NCBI RefSeq assembly: GCF_006345805.1
Contig: NC_043001.1
Location: 98,952,001 to 99,016,000, forward strand
From: Octopus sinensis
Taxonomy: Eukaryota
DNA: 64,000 nt
Direction of reading: 5' to 3'
In this document: positions 52,939 to 60,832 of the stretch, piece by piece
Layout of the letters: each line of letters begins with the position of its first letter
Position numbering within the stretch: the first letter of the stretch is position 1
Notes under the pieces: model-generated
Seen by the model: only the letters and a program-made list of their open reading frames with translations
What the model was told of the DNA's origin: nothing
Database searches by the model: none
Position numbers and translations under genes: made by a program

Positions 52939-53050
52939 TTAACACAAAGAGTATGTATGTATGTATATATATATATATATATATATATTAACACAAAGAG
53001 TATGTATGTATATATATTAACACAAAGAGTATGTATGTATATATATATAT
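52939..53050. repeat. Three tandem copies of ttaacacaaagagtatgtatgtat(at)n
   Basis: Units start at 52939, 52988 and 53017. Confidence 0.9.
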
Positions 53051-53182
53051 AATATATATATATATACACATACATACTTTAGTTTCCGGACAGGAACTAT
53101 ATATGAACTTATAATTCTATCTATATCCTACAGTTTAAGAGTGTTATTTATTTTGGATATAGCAATTCGGAAATACTGTACG

Positions 53183-53226
<44 letters not shown>

Positions 53227-53299
53227 CAAAGTATCAAACACAATTTAATAGATAGATGAGAGTTTTTTTGTTTGTTTTTTAATTAAAAGTCAGGTTCTG

Positions 53300-54300
53300 T
53301 CGCATTAATACATGTACCAAAATGGGAACATAAGTAAATTTCTCTTGAAACATTTATATATTCAAGAGAATGCAGTATTAAATTGTTCGACTTTTATGAA
53401 CGCAAGCGATTAGTCTGAAAGACGCTGCTTTATACACCCATATATATATATAATACTCATTTTTTTTCATATGTGAAAGAGTTAAACAGTATCAATATTA
53501 CATACTTTAAATAGATATAGAGAAGGAAGTAGCTTGGCAACGTGGAGGACAGTTACTTCGACGAGAGGTATGAGAATAAAAAGGAACGATTTATACATTG
53601 AATTTCTAGATTAAACAATAAAAGCGAACATGGATTGGTGTGAATATATCTTTAACAAAGGATAGTGACGTAGGGAGTCACAAAGCTAAATTAAATCCAA
53701 AATTTCAACAAAACATACATATACATAGATGTACATGTTGATAGCTGCAACACTACGTTTCTTTGTGACGGAAATACAGAGGCGAGGGACGGATAAAAGA
53801 AGAGGGGAGATATACTCTGAAGAAATTAAACATTGTTACAAAATGAAAACAATAAACACCTACTTTTCAGCATAAATATTTTGTAGAAGTTAAAATACGT
53901 GTTTATCAAAGAAATACTTACCAATTACTTCATTAATTTTAACTAAAAATGAAGAAATCAAATGTGTAAAAGCGATAAAGCAGCCACTCACTAATAATGG
54001 CGTAGCTGAAGTTGAGGGGGAGCGCTTATTTTGCAGTAATCACTATCATAACTACAAAAAATATGTTTTTTATTCTTTTTGCCATCTGTTACCTTGCAGA
54101 CACTGACTGTTTACTTATTTATCGATTAAAATAAATAATCTAACATTATTTATAAAAATATGGATTATTTTACTCGAAATGTGATTATACATTCATAAAT
54201 ATCTAAACCAAGCAGAAAGAGAAAAGCTAAATGCTCCCTTGCCCACGAAAAATTTGTTTTACATTTTAAATTTTTTTTTATTTAGCGCACTAAATCTTAA
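53300..54300. promoter_or_regulatory. Candidate promoter / non-coding first exon region of the hnRNP U-like gene (possibly bidirectional)
   Basis: Non-repeat DNA visibly richer in CpG than the introns. The minus strand has a DRE-like ATCGATA (about 54120-54126), an Inr-like TCAGT and donor-like CAAG|GTAACA (54093) and TTA|GTGAGT (53992); the plus strand has donor-like GAG|GTATGA (53567). No transcript evidence. Confidence 0.35.
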
Positions 54301-56738
54301 TTTAAATTATATTTTCTCAATACTCGATTTAGTATTTACATCAAAACATTTTACATGTGTTATTTTATTTGGAATCTGACAATGTGTAATTTATTAATTT
54401 TGCATGAGATACAAAATAAATGCTATGATTTTATAAGGCATTTTCTGGGGGTTATTTTTGATATAGAACATTTAGGTGTTTTAATGATCTACGTAAGCAA
54501 TTTTCAAACAATTACTTGTAGCCATGTTCTAAATGAGAAAAATATGATAAATATTTAATTTGTAGTTGTGACTAACAAATGTTGGTGTATAGGGTTTCGT
54601 AAAGAAATACTGATCCAAATATAAAGCACTTATTAATTCACCAAGGGTATTAAAAGCATAAGTGCAGATAAATAGCTTCAATCATTGACCGAAACAGAAT
54701 CTCTTATTGATACGATGGAATTTGCTGTTGAATGTTAGAAATAATTTTGCATTGAGAGTTACGTAAAAATTCGCCTATAAAACTATACTTTATATGTTTG
54801 TAGAGTATATTTCCTATTTGTCCCAAAATTAGGTAATCTAAACCAAAGGCACGCATAATTCCTAGAGACAAAATCTTGACAAATATTTGGGTTTATTATA
54901 TGCCTGCAGGGTGTATTTATTTTCTGTTTGCATCCACACTAGGTAAAAAGCCAAATTCAGGAATAATTCTCAGAGACAAGCCTTGGGCTGACAAAATGTG
55001 AAGTAGTATGTATTTGGTTATATCATCTTTATGCTTTACTAAATGACAAGATTTCTTGAAACATTAGATATGAAATAAGAGGTCCTATACTGAAAACATT
55101 CTCAATTCATGAAGACATTAAAAAATTGTGGTAAAATGTTGTTAAAGAGAAGAAAATTGTAGAAATATTGCTGTAACTATTGATTCCCAGTTTGTCACAT
55201 AATTAAATTTCACAACAAAATTGAGAGTTCTAGGAATATCTGATAGGACAAGTAATTTAGTAAGGAACTTTACAAGGGGTTAGAAGGGATGCCAAGAGGA
55301 GTGAAATGATTTGAGTAAGTGATATTCAAATTGTGGGGGCAGAGGAGCACAAACTATCATAGCACCAATATAGTACCTACAGACAATACAGAGAAAGGCA
55401 GAAAATACAGGACACCTATGGTTATTGATGAGTAAATCTCTCTCACTCAATCAAATTGAATTTTTTACATACATTCTTGATTATTTGTGCACCATCAACC
55501 ACTGAAGGATGTGAACAGTATTCTTTTGTGAAGGAAATTTGTGCATTAGGCCAGAAATTATTTCATTCCTATCCTTAATAAGAAGTGAAAAGTGATAACA
55601 TCTGCATAGATGTTGCTTTAATTTGGCTGATGTATCATATATAGCATTGTTTTAACTAATCTATCAGATGTTATAGAAGCAAGATACTTTCAAGTAAGTT
55701 ATTTAACTACTAACCTGAAGGAGAGCCTTGAATAAAATGAAATAAAAACATTGCTTTAACAAAAACAATTCCACTCATAAAGCATAGAATAATGGATGAG
55801 AATTCAAAAATAAAAATAAAAAAATCTCAGTGGACAATTTGTTGCCCACAAGTTGCAGATTGCAGTAAGTTGACTTGGTTGGATGCTCTAAATAAATATT
55901 TTCCATTAATTCTATGCCAAGTTTTCTGAATTTGCTAATGATAGAAGGAGTTTCTTGATACAGTTTCTATTCTTCTGCCTGTATTTCTCACTTTCTTAGT
56001 TAAATTTATAACACTGTTTTAATTATAGTCAACTCAGATTTTTTTTTTTAGACTGTTTCATTTGTCCCAAGTTCAAGTTACTAAATCTCTTCAGTGAAAA
56101 AGTAAATCTTTGCCCCATAGGAATTTTCACCACTGATTTAAGGGTAAGAACTTGTAACATGAAGTATTTCAATAAGTTGACACTAACTCCACCACTCAAT
56201 GGCCTTTTAAACAAGATCCTTGGAATGAATATGCAGTTGTAATTATTAGGTAACTTGAAAGGTTTGTACTTCAAGTATTGGAAATACACATGAGAATGAA
56301 AATACCTTCAGAGAGCAAATATTGGAAAAAAAGACTGCAATTAATGCTTGTTGTAGTGTATAACTTTTTCTTAATGAAATAATCTTTATTAATCTTGAAA
56401 ATAATCAAGAATTTGTTGGGATCTTATAATAGCCAGCTTCTTTGTTATCAGATTATTATTTAAAACATAAAAAAAAAGAGAGAACAAATGTAAAATTACG
56501 ATGAAAGGTTTTAATTTTCATAAGAACACTTTAAAATGGGCATGTTTTTATACCATTAAATTAGAGGAAGTCTGTAGAGGCTTGATATCAAAAGGGTTAA
56601 GGATGAAAATAGGAAACTGTAGTTCATGGCTGACAACGACTTTTTCATGCTTGAGAGTTTTTGGTCATACCACTGACTCATTAACACTGCCATACTAACT
56701 TGATACTGATTAGACAGTCTGTCAATCTTAATACTCCT

Positions 56739-56957
56739 GTAAAGAGGCAAGCTGGCAGAAACGTTAGCACGCTGGGCGAAATGCCTAGCAGTATTTCATC
56801 TGTCTTTATGTTCTGAGTTCAAATTCCGCTGAGGTCGACTTTACCTTTCATCCTTTCGGGATCGATAAATTAAGTACCAGTTACATACTGGGGTGAATCT
56901 AATCGACTGCCCCCACCCTCCCCCAAAATTCCGAGTTTTGTGCCTAGAGTAGAAAAG
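56739..56957 (+). mobile_element. Near full-length tRNA-derived SINE with a 15-bp target-site duplication
   Basis: TSD aatcttaatactcct at 56724-56738 and 56958-56972; A-box-like gctggcagaaacgttag and B-box gagttcaaattcc. Confidence 0.9.
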
Positions 56958-57954
56958 AATCTTAATACTCCTTTTTACCAGCTAAATGAACTAGAAATTC
57001 AAATACGCATTTTTTTTTTATTAGTTAGCTGTAAATCACAACTGTATTTCTCTCCAGCCCTCACAGATTTTTCACATTCAATGGCCATGTCTTTGTAGTG
57101 CACACCTTACTTCATGTGGTCTGACTTTTTTATAGTGAAAGAAACAATTTGTTAACAGAGTTAACATCCTGCTGAATTTATTCCATACTTTAACTCTACC
57201 TACAAAGCTCTTATTCAACTGTCATATTACAAAAGTAAAAAAACATATCAACTATATCTAGTGTCAACTTATCTGAGTAGATCAGAGACTATATTTTAAG
57301 GTTGCTCCTCATGCTGACTATTCTATAGATCTAGTGATTTTGAAAACCTGCTTCTTAATCAATCTGCCAAATATCCTACGTATAGCACTTATTTGTACTG
57401 AATACACAGTATTGAGTTCCTGTATACTCTCTTCCCTACATCAAAGTTATGTACCAGATTGCAGGGTTATGTATCAGGTTGCAGTGGGATCTAGTGATAC
57501 CACTTATTAATTTGTATTTTGTTCCTTACAATGCTGACCTTCAAACTTTTGAATGCCAAAACAGGAACCAAGTTATTGATGCAGAAAATCTGGTCCCCAT
57601 TGCAAAGTCTATTAAGGAGCAGCAGAGGAAGTCCCAAACCTAGAAAATGGTCTAGAGTTCAACTACTGAACTAATTTCTTATTGCTTAGTAAGGAACTAA
57701 GAAAAAGAACTTTGGTGAATGCCTACCTATGAATTAACTTTTTCACTATACTAATGTCAAGCTTAAGCTTGCTTTCAGGATCTTAGTACAGAGCCTTTTC
57801 AGAAGCCATCCTCTTGAAAAACTTTTCAGCAGTGTGGGTTATAGTTAACGCCTTTCTAGATGCTTGCAGGAAGAGCAGAGCAGTTTCTTCTTCCCTAAAA
57901 ACTTCTCTCAGAAGAGGCTTGTCTAAGATTATTTCAGATATTTTCAAGATCCAG

Positions 57955-58150
57955 GTAAAGGTAGACCCAGGAAGACATGGGATGAGGTGGCGAAACATGA
58001 TCTTCAAACTTTGAACCTCACCGAGGCAATGACTGGTGACCGAGATCTTTGGCGATGTGCTGTGCTTGGGAAGACCTGTCAAGCCAAGTGTGCCCATGCT
58101 GGTGGCATGTAAAGAACATCTTTTGAACATTGGGCCCCATGGAGGCAAAG
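57955..58150 (+). mobile_element. RTE (PHD-family) ORF2 C-terminal fragment
   Basis: ggtagacccaggaagacatgggatgaggtgg... (GRPRKTWDEV) is homologous to 62965-63100. Confidence 0.85.
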
Positions 58151-58304
58151 TGGCTGAGTTCCTTTCGAGTGTTGGCCCTGATTGAACAAGTTTAGATCAA
58201 AGACATTCCATCTTTTTATTGCTCTGAGAACTATACTGAATATTAAGCAGCAAAGAACAATGCTCTGGTAGACACCAATCTATGTATTAAATTTATATCA
58301 TAAC

Positions 58305-58458
58305 TAGTTGGCGTTAGGAAGGGCATCCAGCCGTAGAAACACTGCCAGATTTGACTGGGCCTGATGAAGCCTTCTGGCTTCACAGACCCCAGTAGAAACG
58401 TCCAACCCATGCTAGCATGGAAAACGGACACTAAACGATGATGATGATGATGATGATT
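58305..58458 (+). mobile_element. Isolated RTE 3' tail
   Basis: Nearly identical to 63640-63785; ends (GAT)n. Confidence 0.9.
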
Positions 58459-58684
58459 GTTACCATCACTGTTTCTATATCTACCTTTTTCATGCTAGCA
58501 CAGGTTAGATGAAACTTTTTGAGAAATATTCTATCTGTATCCTCTATGATGCCAACCCTAACTTGTTTTCCAATTAGATACTTTATTCTGGCATCTTCAC
58601 ATGTTGAACTAAAAAGCTGTAACCCAAGAGGTTTCAGTGTGAAGACACACAAACATACACATGCATGTGTTTGTGTGTGTGTGC

Positions 58685-58699
<15 letters not shown>

Positions 58700-58717
<18 letters not shown>

Positions 58718-58850
58718 GTTGAAATTTACAGAAAAATAAAAGACGAAGACAAGTGTATAAACAACAAGCAGGTGTATTGGTTTGACACCCAGGAAGACGA
58801 AAAAGTCTTTTATGTTTTGAGACTATGCTCTTCAACATATATATCCTTTA
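58700..58850 (-). repeat. Second copy of the 51925-52135 repeat family, abutting (TA)n
   Basis: Reverse complement: gttgaagagcatagtctcaaaacataaaagacttt...aatacacctgcttgttgtttatacacttgtcttcgtc...gtaaatttcaac(ta)n. Confidence 0.6.
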
Positions 58851-59000
58851 AGTTCGTTTATGTGAAATGTTTTTGAGTGTGCTCACAAAAAGCTTCTATG
58901 CTATTTATTTTGGGTACTACTTACTATTCTCATCTTCCAGAGTAATTGAATAGGATCATTTTTAGTCTGGTGTGATTATAGCATAGGATGAATATAGCAA

Positions 59001-59159
59001 TAGCAGGAACTTTTGGATGGAAGTTCATAAATCCTTTAATGTATTGCTATGTACATTTCCGCAAACTGCACACTTTAGCTGCTAAAACATGCAGTTTGAG
59101 GGAACATCTATAGCAATGCATTAAAGGATTTATGAATTTTGATCCAAAAGCTCTTGTTA
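59001..59159. repeat. Imperfect palindrome / long hairpin of about 160 nt
   Basis: cttttggat...ttcataaatcctttaatgtattgctat...caaactgca pairs with tgcagtttg...atagcaatgcattaaaggatttatgaa...atccaaaag; inner tttag-ctg-ctaaa. Confidence 0.88.
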
Positions 59160-59176
59160 ATACTATATATATATAT

Positions 59177-59218
<42 letters not shown>

Positions 59219-59629
59219 TTACTTGGAAGTGGATGCGTGGCATTCGATCATATAACAAAATGATAAATAAAACATATGCATATATACATACATATATGTA
59301 CGTACCTACATCTATATGTATATATACATGCATATATGGGTACAGGACACCAAAAAGATGTTGAACACTGAGAAACGAAAACATAAAAACAAAACCATGG
59401 AAATGAACATTTTTTTAAACAATGAAAAAACAGAGTACAAGACATACAACACAAGGAAAATTCCCCTTATTCAGCTGCCCCTGCTTCGTCTACTCCGTGT
59501 TTCGAAGGTAAGGGCGAGACACGACTTCGTTGAAACAATCCTTCCCACAAAACAAATTAAATAAAATTTGGGATTATATATATATATATATATATATATA
59601 TTTACACACACCGCATATATATACATATA

Positions 59630-60415
59630 TGGCAACCAAGTCTGTAGTGGGGGCTGGTTGCCCTGAGAGCATAGCTGCTAGAATAATAGCCTGGGCAAAG
59701 TTCAGAGAGCTCCTACCTCTGCTAGCAACTAAGGGCCTCTCACTCAGGGTGAAAGGTAGATTGTATGATGCATATGGGTGAACTGCCATGCCACATGGCA
59801 GTGAAACATGGGCCATGACTGCTAAGGACATGCATAGGCGTGAAAGAAATGAAACTAGTATGATCTGCTGGATGTGTAATGTCAGAGTGCATACATGACA
59901 AAGTGTAAGCGCCCTGAGAGATAAGTTGGACGTGAGAAGCATCAAATGTGGGGTGCAAGAGAGGCAACTGTGCTGGTATGGTCATGTGTTACATATGAAT
60001 AAGGACAGCTGTGGAGGGTAGACGCAGGAAGACATGGGGTGAGGTGGTGAAGCATGACCTTCAAACATTGAGCCTCACAGAGGCAATGACAGGAGGCTGA
60101 GACCTTTGGAGATATGCTACGATTGAGAAGACCTGACAAGTAAAGTGAGATTGCAGCCATGGCTGATGCCAGTGTTGCATGACTGGCCCATTTAAAAGTA
60201 CTCTTGAAGCTTTGGGCAATATGATATACTTGAGAAGACATATTGAATCAAGTAAAATTGAAATTGTAGTTGCGGCTAGTGCTGCCTGACTGACTTCCAT
60301 ACCAGTGGAACGTAAAATGCACCATCTGAACACGGTCGATGCAAGTGCCCCTTGACTAGCTCCCATGCCGTTGGCATGTAAAATGCATCATCCAAACATG
60401 GTCGATGCCAGATCT
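59630..60415 (+). mobile_element. 5'-truncated, internally deleted RTE (PHD-family) copy
   Basis: AARIIAWAKFRELLPLLATKGLSLRVKGRLYDA matches 62580-62680; degenerate array units at 60280-60410; tail missing. Confidence 0.88.
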
Positions 60416-60629
60416 GTGGTGCAATTTTTTCATGAGCAAAACACTATATTTCTTGTTGCTCCAATTTACTCAGCTGTAATTAGGTAACCCTGCAAAGAAC
60501 TGACATTCTGTTCAGGTGGAATATTGACATGCCCACCAAGCTACTGGGGTGGCATCATTTGAAAGCTAGAGCAAAGTGAGGAAGCTCATTGTGACCAGTG
60601 GTGTATAGCAACATCTGAAAGTCTGGTCG

Positions 60630-60640
60630 ATACAATATTT

Positions 60641-60671
<31 letters not shown>

Positions 60672-60778
60672 TACATACATACATATATGTATACACATAC
60701 ATATATATATATATACATATATATATATGCATACATACATATACATACATATATATATATATACATATATATACATAC

Positions 60779-60819
<41 letters not shown>

Positions 60820-60832
60820 TATAACTACCATA
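60630..60832. repeat. Compound (TA)n/(TACA)n microsatellite
   Basis: Seen directly; the source of the spurious YIYI/MYVY ORFs. Confidence 0.95.

Noticed and set aside
57783-57960. Open frame ...REEETALLFLQASRKALTITHTAEKFFKRMASEKALY and a splice-like plus-strand segment
   Set aside because: No recognisable domain; the ORF start lies in an RTE fragment, and the plus-strand frames contain early stops.
58361-58400. CTGATGA...GAAAC hammerhead-like motif in the RTE tail
   Set aside because: The TGA is itself paired in tgaagcc-ttct-ggcttca, GAAA does not follow stem II, and sister tails read ctgatgc or ctggtgc.
60555-60831. ORFs rich in Y/I/M/C/V (also at 22401-22679, 27690-28049, 58431-58876, 59163-59454)
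   Set aside because: Translations of (TA)n/(TG)n microsatellites.
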